DNA of 64,000 nt from an uncultured Leptospirales bacterium (GTDB lineage Bacteria > Spirochaetota > UBA4802 > UBA5368): contig CAZUXY010000001.1 of assembly GCA_964624235.1 (NCBI GenBank), positions 143,288-207,287 on the forward strand, read 5' to 3'. A program made the translations under genes and the position numbers. Positions 38,095-47,656 of the stretch are shown in pieces. Every line of letters begins with the position of its first letter. Position 1 is the first letter of the stretch. The notes below the pieces were generated by a model. The model was not told where the DNA came from and made no database searches. It saw nothing but the letters and a program-made list of their open reading frames with translations.

Positions 38095-39819
38095 TTATAC
38101 CATACTTAAGTGTTTGTATTTCGGCAAATAACGTACCGCCGGTTTGAACGCGTCTCTTCTGAAAGGTTCGGCAAGCACCTTCTCCCCTCCCTCGATAACG
38201 GCGTTTATCACCACCGGTTTACCGCATTTTACCGCCTCCTGAACCACATCCTTGACCTCTTTATAATCCTCTACCTTGAAGCCTACGGCTCCCATATCAC
38301 GGGCAAGCTGGGCGTAATCAGGATTGGTGGGAAGGTTAACGCCGACGTACCGGTTTTGAAAGAAATCGATCTGGTTCTTTTTCTCAGCACCCCATTCCAG
38401 ATTGTTGAATACCACCGCAATGACGGGTATATTTTCCCTTACCGCGGTCATCACTTCACTGAGACCGCTGATACCCCATGCTCCGTCACCCTGCAACGCA
38501 AAAACCGGCTTATCGGGCGCTCCCACCTTTGCGCCGATGGCGGCACCGTAAGCAAACCCGCAGTTTCCCCAGCTGAGCGCAGCGATATGCTGACGGGGGC
38601 CGTTGAACTTGAGATAGCTGTTGCAGATGGAACAGTTGTTTCCGATATCAGTCGCCACCAGGGATCCCGCCGGCATGGCTTCCGACAGTTCTTTTATGAA
38701 CCTTCTGGGATGCATGAGCTTATTGGTTGAAGATGACCATTTGTCCAGTTCATCCTTCCAGGCCTCTTTCTCTTTCTGAACGTCCTTGAGTCTGGACTCG
38801 TCACTCTTCCTTTCAGGTGCAATTTCCTTTATTGCAGAAAGCAGCTGATGGGCAAACTGTTTTGCATCCGCCATTATTCCCAGATCGGTTTTTTTGGAAA
38901 GACCGAACTGCGACGCATCGATATCGACCTGTATTATTTTTGCGTTCTTGGGCCAGTAATCGAAGTCATATTGCGGTAAAGTTCCAAAGGGCCCCAGACG
39001 GGTTCCCAGGGCCAGTACCAGATCGGATTTGACTATGGTTCTCATTGCTGCTTTGGATCCGCAATACCCGATAGGTCCCACCGCCAGCGCATGATCGGCC
39101 GGAAAACTGTCGTTATGCAAATAGGTGTTTACCACCGGGGCGGTGAGGTATTCGGCAAGGGCTCTGGTTTCATCATGCGCATTTGACATAGAAACCCCTC
39201 CTCCCGCGAGGATTACGGGATACTTCGCCTTTAAAAGTATCTCGGCCGCCGTCCTGATCTGGTCCACCGATCCCGGTCCGTAGACAACATCTTCCGTGGG
39301 ATATATGTCATCATTGACTTCACCGTAAAAATAATCCCTGGGGATGTTCAATTGCGCCGGCCCACCGAGCAGCTTCGACATATAAAAACATCGTCGTGCC
39401 AATTCGGCCATTCGTTCAGGCCTGTTGACTCTGACCTGATACTTGGTACACTTTTCAAACCAGGGCATCTGGTCCAGTTCCTGGAAGCCGCCCTTACCCA
39501 GACCCATACTGCCCGTTTCAGGGGTAATGGCTATGACCGGAGAATGGGCCCAGAATGCCGCCGTTATAGCAGAAATAAAATTGGCCGCACCTGGACCGTT
39601 CTGTGCAATACATACTTGAGGTTTACCGGTAACACGGGCATATCCGTCCGCCGCGTGGGCGGCCGCCTGTTCATGAGCAACCATTACAAATCGTATCCCC
39701 GCATCGGGAAACAGATCAAGGGCATCCATAAAGGCGCTTCCAACTATTCCGAAGACATTAGTAATCCCTTCAGCTACAAGAGTCTCAACTAGTGCCTCAG
39801 AGGGTGTCATTTTCGGCAT
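38095..39819 (-). CDS. xsc: Sulfoacetaldehyde acetyltransferase-like ThDP enzyme (Xsc family)
   Basis: MPKMTPSEALVETLVAEGITNVFGIVGSAFMDALDLFPDAGIRF..., ...NGPGAANFISAITAAFWAHSPV..., ...DIGNNCSI..., ...EWGAEKKN... and ...EPFRRDA... match my recollection of characterised Xsc sequences much better than acetolactate synthase. The ATG at 39819 has an AAGGAGGTG RBS. Confidence 0.65.
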   Translation of the reverse strand: MPKMTPSEALVETLVAEGITNVFGIVGSAFMDALDLFPDAGIRFVMVAHEQAAAHAADGYARVTGKPQVCIAQNGPGAANFISAITAAFWAHSPVIAITPETGSMGLGKGGFQELDQMPWFEKCTKYQVRVNRPERMAELARRCFYMSKLLGGPAQLNIPRDYFYGEVNDDIYPTEDVVYGPGSVDQIRTAAEILLKAKYPVILAGGGVSMSNAHDETRALAEYLTAPVVNTYLHNDSFPADHALAVGPIGYCGSKAAMRTIVKSDLVLALGTRLGPFGTLPQYDFDYWPKNAKIIQVDIDASQFGLSKKTDLGIMADAKQFAHQLLSAIKEIAPERKSDESRLKDVQKEKEAWKDELDKWSSSTNKLMHPRRFIKELSEAMPAGSLVATDIGNNCSICNSYLKFNGPRQHIAALSWGNCGFAYGAAIGAKVGAPDKPVFALQGDGAWGISGLSEVMTAVRENIPVIAVVFNNLEWGAEKKNQIDFFQNRYVGVNLPTNPDYAQLARDMGAVGFKVEDYKEVKDVVQEAVKCGKPVVINAVIEGGEKVLAEPFRRDAFKPAVRYLPKYKHLSMV

Positions 39820-39909
39820 AATATACACCTCCTTATCCTTTTAAAATATGATTTATGCATAGTGCACAAGAACACCGCTGCATGAGCTTTTACAATTTAC
39901 ACCTGCTTT

Positions 39910-39944
39910 AATGAATATAATTCATATAATGAATTATATTCATT
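39910..39944. promoter_or_regulatory. Perfect 16-bp inverted repeat (candidate operator) in the xsc / FAD-FeS divergent control region
   Basis: AATGAATATAATTCAT-ATA-ATGAATTATATTCATT. It contains two TATAAT hexamers and abuts a TTGACA hexamer (39949-39954, minus strand) placed to serve the xsc promoter. Confidence 0.5.
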
Positions 39945-40193
39945 TTGATGTCAACATTTTTTCAAAGTAATTATGTTACTGCGCCCTGATAAATATAAAG
40001 TATATTTCGCAGTTTTCACTTTCATTAACCCAAAACAGAAAAAGTACCTGACACCTAATATCCGGTACTCTGATCTCGTGGATTTTTTGATTGACGGTAT
40101 TTATGTAGGCCATAGAACTGCAAATTTTGTGCTATACTGTCTTTATCAAATCATATGACCTGGTTTGTTGTCTACACATAAGAGGACGTCTGG

Positions 40194-43100
40194 ATGATGA
40201 AAAAAGATTTTAAGTTCAGGGAAATTCCATATAACTATACGTCGTTTTCCGACCGTGAAATAATACTCAAATATTACGATGAAGAAACCCTTGGAATTCT
40301 GGATTCACTGCGCAGCAAGCGGATCACCGGCAGGAGCGCAAAGCTGCTGTTCGAGGTGATCGGTGATATTTTTATTATTGAAAGAAACCCCTATATTTAC
40401 AATGACCTTCTGGAAAACAGGAAAAAACGTAATCGTCTGAGAAAACTGCATAACGCCCGTCTGGATATCATTGAACAAGGCGCAAACGGCAATACCCTGG
40501 TGTTGAAAGTGGTGGGAAAAACCCGCACCCTCGATAATAAATTCTTTGAAAGTTTTCCCCACGAAAAAAAATTCAGAGATAAAACCTGCAAGGCACTGAA
40601 AGCTGTAACATCAATCAATAACATTCATTTTACCGCATTTCATAAAGTATCCCATGCCACCGATTCATCAGACTGGCGTGTGGAATATCCTGCCGTTATA
40701 GTATATCCCGACTCTGCAGATGAAATACCCGGACTTGTCCACGCGGCAAAAAAACTTGGCCTCTCGATCATACCAAGGGGTGGCGGTACGGGACTTACCG
40801 GTGGCGCTGTGCCGGTACGTAAAAATACCATGATCATTAATACTGAAAAACTCAACCGTATAGGGACTATCGATACAGTAACGGAAAACGGCATAACATT
40901 CCCTGTCATCAGTATGGAAGCCGGAGCAGTTACTGAAGAGGTAATCGACCACTGCCATGAAAAGGGATACATATTCGCAACCGACCCCACATCCGCATGG
41001 GCATCTACTATTGGTGGGAACATCGCTGAAAACGCCGGTGGAAAAAAATGTGTAATCTGGGGAACGGCCATTGATAACATATATTCCTTCAGAATAGTGA
41101 ACGCACAGGGTCAACTGCTGGAGGTTAAACGACAAAACCATCCCTATCGCAAGATCCTTCCTGATGATGCGGTTTCTTTTGACGTAAACCTGATTACCGG
41201 ACGTAAGCAACAGAGGCTGAAATCGGTTCACCTCAACGGTACCGATATAAGAAAAAAGGGACTGGGCAAGGACATCACAAACAAATCACTTAAAGGAACG
41301 CCGGGGATACAGAAAGAAGGAGGCGATGGTATAATCGTATCGGCGACCTTTGTATTGTACCAGCCCTTTGCCTTCTGTAGAACCGTCTGCCTGGAGTTTT
41401 TCGGCAATAATCTCATTAATGCATCCAGGGCTATAGTTGATATCAAGAATAATTTCGAAAATAATAATGAAGTATTCCTTACCGCACTTGAACATTTTGA
41501 TGAAAAGTACGTACATGCGGTAAATTACCGAAATAAATCCAACCGGAACGAGATTCCAAAGGCGGTTCTGTTGATTGATATCGAGTCAAATAATAATGAC
41601 ATGCTTGATATCGCGGCGAAAAACATCATCTCGCTGGTTGAAAAATACAACACTGAAGCTGTTACAGCCGGTGATGACAAGGAACGCGAACTGTTCTGGA
41701 AAGACAGGAAGAATCTCGGTGCCATTGCAAAACACACCAATGCATTCAAACTCAATGAAGACATCGTTATCCCTATGGATAAGCTTCCCGATTTCGCCGA
41801 TTTCATTGAAAAGCTCAATCTTCAAAAAGAACTGGAAAATAATATCGGAATTCTTGAAAACCTGAAGGACTATCTGCTTGAACTACGCGTGAAACAGAAC
41901 GAGCATTTCGGTAACATCAGAATAGATTCATTCCTTGATTTACTGGAAAACAAAAAAACTGAATATCTTGAATTCCTCGAAAACCTGGATAATTCCTGCC
42001 GGATATTGAAGGTTTTTCCAAACAACGGCGATAAAGACAAAACCGTCTTCAAGATGATCCAGGATGGAGAGCTTTCTGTATCCTTCGATGAAGACGTAAT
42101 GCGGCAATTTATACGGATGTTTCACGGTTATGACGAAATACTGGAACGTTTTCAAGATATCACGAGCGAGGAAGCTAAAAGAAAAATAATCATCGCTACC
42201 CACATGCATGCGGGCGACGGCAATGTACATGTGAATATCCCGGTTCATTCAAATGACTATATAATGATGCAGGAAGCAGATGAAACGGCGGGTATAGTGA
42301 TGAAAAAGACCGTGGATCTCGGCGGGGTGATATCAGGAGAACACGGCATCGGACTCACCAAACTAAGGTTCATCGGCCAGGATGTCCTTGACGGCTATGC
42401 CGAATACAAGCGGGAAAATGACCCTGAAAACCTTTTTAATCCGGGGAAACTCACCTTAGATTTCCCGCTGCACAGGATATACACTCCATCTTTCAATCTC
42501 CTTGAACTGGAAGCCTTTATCCTGAAAGCAACCGATCTGGAAAAACTCTCCATGTCCATCGCGTCATGCGTACGCTGCGGAAAGTGCAAGTCCGTATGTA
42601 ACACCCATTACGCCGGAGGAACGATGTTTTATAATCCCAGGAACAAGATCCTCGGGGTAGGGCTCATTATTGAGGCAGTACTTTACGATGCTCAGACATC
42701 GAATTCCCTTTCTTTTCGTAATTTCAGAAAACTGCAGGAGATCTCAGACCATTGCACCATGTGCCATAAATGCCAAGTGCCATGCCCGGTCAAAATTGAC
42801 TTTGGCAACATTACCCTTACCATAAAAGAGCTGATGGTACACAGGAGAAAATCCAAGTTCAAGCTGGTCACATGGGTGACGCTTTTTTACCTCAGGAGGA
42901 AGGGTTTCTATATAAACAAAGTTTTTCGTTTGGGATTACTGAGACTGGGATATACCGCCCAGAGGGCCGGCTACATTATGCACCGACCCTTTAAAAGGAT
43001 CACCGCATCGCTGTTACCCGGCATCAATGCTTTTCTTAACAGTAAACTTCCCAGAACGGGCAACAAGTCGGTTAGAGAACTGTTCGGCCTCAAAGGCAGC

Positions 43101-43910
43101 AACACGTTTTTTGCATTCGAAAACCATGATCTACCTGTTAAGAAAAGTGTGTTCTATTTCCCGGGCTGCGGTTCCGAAAGAATGTTCCCTGAAATCAGCC
43201 TGGCGGTCCTTGCGCTGCTTTACAATGCCGGTATACGAGTGGTTATACCGCCCGAATACCTGTGCTGCGGATATCCTTTACTTGCAAACGGCAGGGTCGA
43301 ACAGTCCGATATCAAGAGCTTTGAAAACCGCGTAATACTGCACAGGGTCGCAGACATCATCGGATATATGGATATAAGCAGTGTCATTGTCTCATGCGGC
43401 ACCTGTTACGAAATGCTGGAAAAATACGAAGTCGGTAATATCTTCAACGGTGCGGAACTCATCGATATTAACGAATTTCTCGCTAGAGAAAAACTGTATG
43501 TTATTGACGGGCAGGAAAAATCACCGCTGGTTTATCACGACCCCTGCCATACCCCGCTGAGACACATGGGTTACGAAGCGGCTTTTCACAACCTGTTTGG
43601 CCGTACCCCCGTTTTGATTCCAAATTGCTGCGGTGAAGGGGGTACTCTGGCGCTTTCTACACCTGAAATATCAAACCTTTTGCGCGAAAGGAAGAGAATG
43701 AATATTATTTCCAGGGCGGTTCCCACACGCGCCAACATCCTCACCACATGTCCAAGCTGTGTACAGGGGCTGTCAAAAACAAACGGGCACCCCCATTTTG
43801 CCGGCAAATCGCTGACGGTGTACTTTGCCGAACGTGTACTTGGTAAACACTGGAACAAAGAATTTCTTTCTAAGGCTACACAGGGTGGTGTCGAGCGGAT
43901 GATATTCTAG
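40194..43910 (+). CDS. FAD-linked oxidase fused to 4Fe-4S/CCG-domain Fe-S oxidoreductase (YdiJ/GlcD-GlcF-fusion-like D-2-hydroxyacid dehydrogenase), 1238 aa
   Basis: FAD-PCMH motif IIPRGGGTGLTGGAVP. GEHGIGLTKLRF...NPGKL oxidase C-terminus. CVRCGKCKSVC and CTMCHKCQVPCPVKID ferredoxin motifs. Two CCG repeats (CCGYPLL, CCGEGGT). About 160 aa of unassigned N-terminus and about 300 aa of low-complexity insertion. Confidence 0.8.
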   Translation: MMKKDFKFREIPYNYTSFSDREIILKYYDEETLGILDSLRSKRITGRSAKLLFEVIGDIFIIERNPYIYNDLLENRKKRNRLRKLHNARLDIIEQGANGNTLVLKVVGKTRTLDNKFFESFPHEKKFRDKTCKALKAVTSINNIHFTAFHKVSHATDSSDWRVEYPAVIVYPDSADEIPGLVHAAKKLGLSIIPRGGGTGLTGGAVPVRKNTMIINTEKLNRIGTIDTVTENGITFPVISMEAGAVTEEVIDHCHEKGYIFATDPTSAWASTIGGNIAENAGGKKCVIWGTAIDNIYSFRIVNAQGQLLEVKRQNHPYRKILPDDAVSFDVNLITGRKQQRLKSVHLNGTDIRKKGLGKDITNKSLKGTPGIQKEGGDGIIVSATFVLYQPFAFCRTVCLEFFGNNLINASRAIVDIKNNFENNNEVFLTALEHFDEKYVHAVNYRNKSNRNEIPKAVLLIDIESNNNDMLDIAAKNIISLVEKYNTEAVTAGDDKERELFWKDRKNLGAIAKHTNAFKLNEDIVIPMDKLPDFADFIEKLNLQKELENNIGILENLKDYLLELRVKQNEHFGNIRIDSFLDLLENKKTEYLEFLENLDNSCRILKVFPNNGDKDKTVFKMIQDGELSVSFDEDVMRQFIRMFHGYDEILERFQDITSEEAKRKIIIATHMHAGDGNVHVNIPVHSNDYIMMQEADETAGIVMKKTVDLGGVISGEHGIGLTKLRFIGQDVLDGYAEYKRENDPENLFNPGKLTLDFPLHRIYTPSFNLLELEAFILKATDLEKLSMSIASCVRCGKCKSVCNTHYAGGTMFYNPRNKILGVGLIIEAVLYDAQTSNSLSFRNFRKLQEISDHCTMCHKCQVPCPVKIDFGNITLTIKELMVHRRKSKFKLVTWVTLFYLRRKGFYINKVFRLGLLRLGYTAQRAGYIMHRPFKRITASLLPGINAFLNSKLPRTGNKSVRELFGLKGSNTFFAFENHDLPVKKSVFYFPGCGSERMFPEISLAVLALLYNAGIRVVIPPEYLCCGYPLLANGRVEQSDIKSFENRVILHRVADIIGYMDISSVIVSCGTCYEMLEKYEVGNIFNGAELIDINEFLAREKLYVIDGQEKSPLVYHDPCHTPLRHMGYEAAFHNLFGRTPVLIPNCCGEGGTLALSTPEISNLLRERKRMNIISRAVPTRANILTTCPSCVQGLSKTNGHPHFAGKSLTVYFAERVLGKHWNKEFLSKATQGGVERMIF

Positions 43911-44120
43911 TACTGTTCCCTTACCGGTTTCAGTTATTACAGACAGAAATTATTTCCCTGGTTAAGGGCTCCTCTTCCTCGACTATGAAGGTCAGAACTT
44001 CATCCTGATATTTAAAGCCAACAGCGTTTCATCATCAGACGATACCACAGCATATTCACGCAACCCTGTCGCTGATCCATGTCGGCACAGGGTTGCGTCT
44101 GGAAATAAGTAACGGGCTTT

Positions 44121-44858
44121 CTATCGAAGCGCTTCCTTGGAAAACAGCGAATCTCTAAGCGGCATATTATAATCAACTGCTTTTATTATCAGTTCGGTCC
44201 GTCCTTTGCCGTCTCCCTGATGCATAACCGCTATGAAAGGAGTTAAAATCCCCTTAATTCTTTTTACATCATGGTTTTCAAGGTACTTGTGCAGTGATCC
44301 GTTCTTGTATATGTCAATACGCACAACGAAATAATCGGATTTTCTTACATACAGAATTGATTTTTCATAAACCCACTTACTTTGCTTCTTGACCGCCTGT
44401 ACCATGTAACAATCCGCACCGACCGCACTGCCGTCTCCAAGATATTTGTACTCATATCCATCAAGTTCCCTTGTTTCCAGGTCCTCATAGTAAAAATGGG
44501 AATTAACAAAGGGCTTGTCCTTATCGTCAGATATTATCCTTTTGACCTTCCCTGATGAAAGCATCAGCCACTGATCATCGTCTCTGCCCTTGTACGAATG
44601 GGTCAGCAGTTTAATCCTGGTGGGTTTGGTGAAAGAAATGAGTATCCGGTCGTTTCCACCTTGCTTTTTTGTCAGCATTTCCAGTTCTTTGACAGTGGTT
44701 CTTCCTCCCTTGACAATATTCATTGCAGCATTGCTTCTTCCGCTGTCCGGTTTGGAAAGCCTGTCGTTTTTTTCCATTATCTCACGCCCCGTAAGCGCAA
44801 AAACAGGAGAGATAGAAAAAAACAGAATCAATGCAGCGAGAGTTAGCATTCTTTTCAT
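44121..44858 (-). CDS. Outer-membrane lipoprotein-sorting (LolA-like) family protein
   Basis: Signal peptide MKRMLTLAALILFFSISPVFA and a 245-aa beta-rich sequence. Typical partner downstream of MMPL exporters. Confidence 0.6.
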   Translation of the reverse strand: MKRMLTLAALILFFSISPVFALTGREIMEKNDRLSKPDSGRSNAAMNIVKGGRTTVKELEMLTKKQGGNDRILISFTKPTRIKLLTHSYKGRDDDQWLMLSSGKVKRIISDDKDKPFVNSHFYYEDLETRELDGYEYKYLGDGSAVGADCYMVQAVKKQSKWVYEKSILYVRKSDYFVVRIDIYKNGSLHKYLENHDVKRIKGILTPFIAVMHQGDGKGRTELIIKAVDYNMPLRDSLFSKEALR

Positions 44859-44983
44859 TGAAACCTCCTTGTAAATAGTATCACTGGGTATAACCCGGAA
44901 AACTTTGTTATGAATTCCCTGACAAACTCATTCGGTAACTGAAAATTCATCACGGGAATCATATGCAAAATTCATAACCGCAA

Positions 44984-47656
44984 TCAGCAATCACTCTCTT
45001 TAATGTTAAAAAACCTGCCTATATAAAAATACCTCCAGAACCATGATGAGGATTTAGACTTTTCAAGCGATACACCCGTAGTGATAATCACAGAGGGGAG
45101 AATCAGTAGAGCACCCATGGTTGTGGCTATCATGGTATTGCCCGCAAGTATACCGAAATATACAACCGGGCTGAAACTGGATACCACCAGCACCGAGAAT
45201 CCGAAAATGAGCGCCAGTGAAGTATAAATAATGGCCTTTCCCGATGTCGAGATGGTTTTTGCTATTATTTCTTCAGGAGAGAGATTGTGACTATTATAAT
45301 GCCTATAGGTGTTTAAAAAGTGGATAGTATCATCGACCCCTATTCCAATGGTCAGTGATGCAATGATTGCGGTGGCAATATCAAGGCGGATCCCGGTCCA
45401 TCCCATCAGGCCGAAATTAATAAGTATCGCGACCGATATCGGGATCATGGATAACAGGCCAGCTTTAAGGTTCTTAAAGAGTAATACCACAACCAGACAT
45501 ACGGCCGCCAGACTGAATAGTAAACTGAATAACTGTCCCTGCACCACATACTCCGACAATCGAATAAATATTGAAGGTTCTCCGGTGATTTTATATGCTG
45601 CCGGTCCGGTCAGTTTAGAGTTCAGATATGCAGCTACCCTGTCATGAATAATCTTTGTTTCAGCGGTTCCAAGAATTTTATTTCCGGATTCACCCAGCCT
45701 TGCGAAAATAAGCGCGGTACGATATTCCGGGTCCAGGTACGGTTCAAACTCGTCAGCCCTTCCGTCAAAATCATCATCCGCGCCGGTATATATTTCCAGA
45801 TAATCCATGATATCAACACGGGAATCGGGAATCCTGTAATAATTTATACTATCGTTGTTCATCGCCATGTGCATGGTCTTGATTATATCGGGGAAAGCAT
45901 CGGTACGGCCGATATGCAGATCCTCTGTGCTGGTCAGCCAGTGCCTGATTTCTTCCACGGTTCTGAGAAATTCAGGATTCTTTATTCCATCACTTTCCCC
46001 GGAATCGATCAGTATACTCATACCATATGACCCACCGTATTTCTCAGCAATCAACCGGCTGCTGGTACGCACATAATCGTGTTCCTTGAAATAAGCCGAA
46101 AGAGTGGTTTCCACCTTTACCCTGGTCAGTCCCACCATTGATATAATCAGTATTAACACTGTAACGGCAAGAACCGAACGCGGATGGCGTGTAGATAACC
46201 GTATGAAAACCCCCACCAGCAGGTCTATACGAGTTTTTACCTGATCACCGTTACGTTTAACGATTTTTTTCTTGGTTCTTGAATGTGGGAGAAGCATTAG
46301 ACAGGCCGGTATGAGCGAAGAAGAAATAATTACTGAGAATAAAACCCCGACTGCCGAAAAAAGACCCCATTCCCGAATACCCACCACCTGGTTGGTCAGC
46401 AGGGATATAAAACCGATGAAAGTGGTGCCGCCTGCCAGTATTATCGTAACACTGATATGGGACATTGTACTGCGTAACCCTTCGCTTTTACCCATGCGCC
46501 CTATTTCAGAAAAGTACAGATAATACTGGTTTAAAATGTGAATGGAATAAGAACTCCCGACGGCGATGATCAGGGGCGGAAGGGATATGCCGATAATCGT
46601 TATGCTGTATCCAAGATACCCCATCAGTCCGAGTACCCAGATATCCCCGATAATTAATGTACAGAATGGTAAAATGACCCCCCGCACCGAACGGAAATTC
46701 AGGTAAAACACAATTACGATAACAAGTATGACCAGAGGCAGGAAAGTATACAGATCACGGTGCATATAATCATTCATCTTGATCCCGATGATCGGCACGC
46801 CCTGCGGTGTGATGGTAAGCGCTTTATACCCTGCGGCAATATCCCAGACCCTTTTCGTTATATCGTCATCCTTCTTGATGTTTTCCAGCTTCACCATGAC
46901 ACAGAAATCGGTGATCACACCGGTGCGAGGGTCGGTAGAGTACAGGGCCCCCTTGAACGCCGGGTTTTTGGTAAGGCGCTTTTGAAAATTGAGTATATCC
47001 TTAGGTGAAGCCGGCAACTTGCGTTTACCCAGGAGATCCTTATCGATTATTTCTTTTGCCGTCAATGTGTCATCTGTGCCACTAATGTCCTTTGCAGTTA
47101 AAGGAGATAAAACCGCATCTATATGACGTTTTTTCTTAAGTTTTGCTGTTTCTACGATATGATCATGTATCCGTTTTAGGTTGCTCTTGCTGAGCTTAGT
47201 ACCAAGCCTGTAATGCGCTTGTATGTATCTTTCCAACTCTCGTGAGAATGGGGCATCATCTCTGAAATTGTTCAAGAGGACCGCGGGTTCAATTTCACCG
47301 CTTGATGAGAGATCACGCAAACGTTGTATCCTTCGGTTTTCCTTCGATTCGTCGGAATCCTTGTATTCCTCAAGATCGGTGATCAGGTCGTTTACGAGCG
47401 AAAGTGTCTTGGGCGACCAGAGGTCATTACATGTGATGTTCATAATGATGAACTTACCGAGATTGCCGTAGACTTTTTTTACTTCTTCATAATAGAGATA
47501 CTGGGTATCCTTTTTGGGCATCATGACTTCCAGCGAATTATCAAAATTTAGCCGCGGCACACCTGTTCCAAGCACCAGGGTTATTGCCGAAATGATAACG
47601 ATTATTTTTTTCGGATGGCTCAGTACATATTTAATATAACGATCAAGCATATTCAT
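44984..47656 (-). CDS. MMPL/RND-superfamily exporter (HpnN-like lipid transporter)
   Basis: 890 aa with two 6-TM bundles separated by large periplasmic loops. The start overlaps the TetR stop (ATGA). Confidence 0.85.
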   Translation of the reverse strand: MNMLDRYIKYVLSHPKKIIVIISAITLVLGTGVPRLNFDNSLEVMMPKKDTQYLYYEEVKKVYGNLGKFIIMNITCNDLWSPKTLSLVNDLITDLEEYKDSDESKENRRIQRLRDLSSSGEIEPAVLLNNFRDDAPFSRELERYIQAHYRLGTKLSKSNLKRIHDHIVETAKLKKKRHIDAVLSPLTAKDISGTDDTLTAKEIIDKDLLGKRKLPASPKDILNFQKRLTKNPAFKGALYSTDPRTGVITDFCVMVKLENIKKDDDITKRVWDIAAGYKALTITPQGVPIIGIKMNDYMHRDLYTFLPLVILVIVIVFYLNFRSVRGVILPFCTLIIGDIWVLGLMGYLGYSITIIGISLPPLIIAVGSSYSIHILNQYYLYFSEIGRMGKSEGLRSTMSHISVTIILAGGTTFIGFISLLTNQVVGIREWGLFSAVGVLFSVIISSSLIPACLMLLPHSRTKKKIVKRNGDQVKTRIDLLVGVFIRLSTRHPRSVLAVTVLILIISMVGLTRVKVETTLSAYFKEHDYVRTSSRLIAEKYGGSYGMSILIDSGESDGIKNPEFLRTVEEIRHWLTSTEDLHIGRTDAFPDIIKTMHMAMNNDSINYYRIPDSRVDIMDYLEIYTGADDDFDGRADEFEPYLDPEYRTALIFARLGESGNKILGTAETKIIHDRVAAYLNSKLTGPAAYKITGEPSIFIRLSEYVVQGQLFSLLFSLAAVCLVVVLLFKNLKAGLLSMIPISVAILINFGLMGWTGIRLDIATAIIASLTIGIGVDDTIHFLNTYRHYNSHNLSPEEIIAKTISTSGKAIIYTSLALIFGFSVLVVSSFSPVVYFGILAGNTMIATTMGALLILPSVIITTGVSLEKSKSSSWFWRYFYIGRFFNIKESDC

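Noticed and set aside
38110-38730. 206-aa plus-strand ORF inside the xsc gene
   Set aside because: Antisense to the ThDP enzyme, which has strong N- and C-terminal family motifs.
40640-41231. Minus-strand ORFs (146 and 187 aa) within the 1238-aa FAD/Fe-S gene
   Set aside because: Antisense to a region containing the FAD-binding GGGTGLTGG motif in the plus frame.
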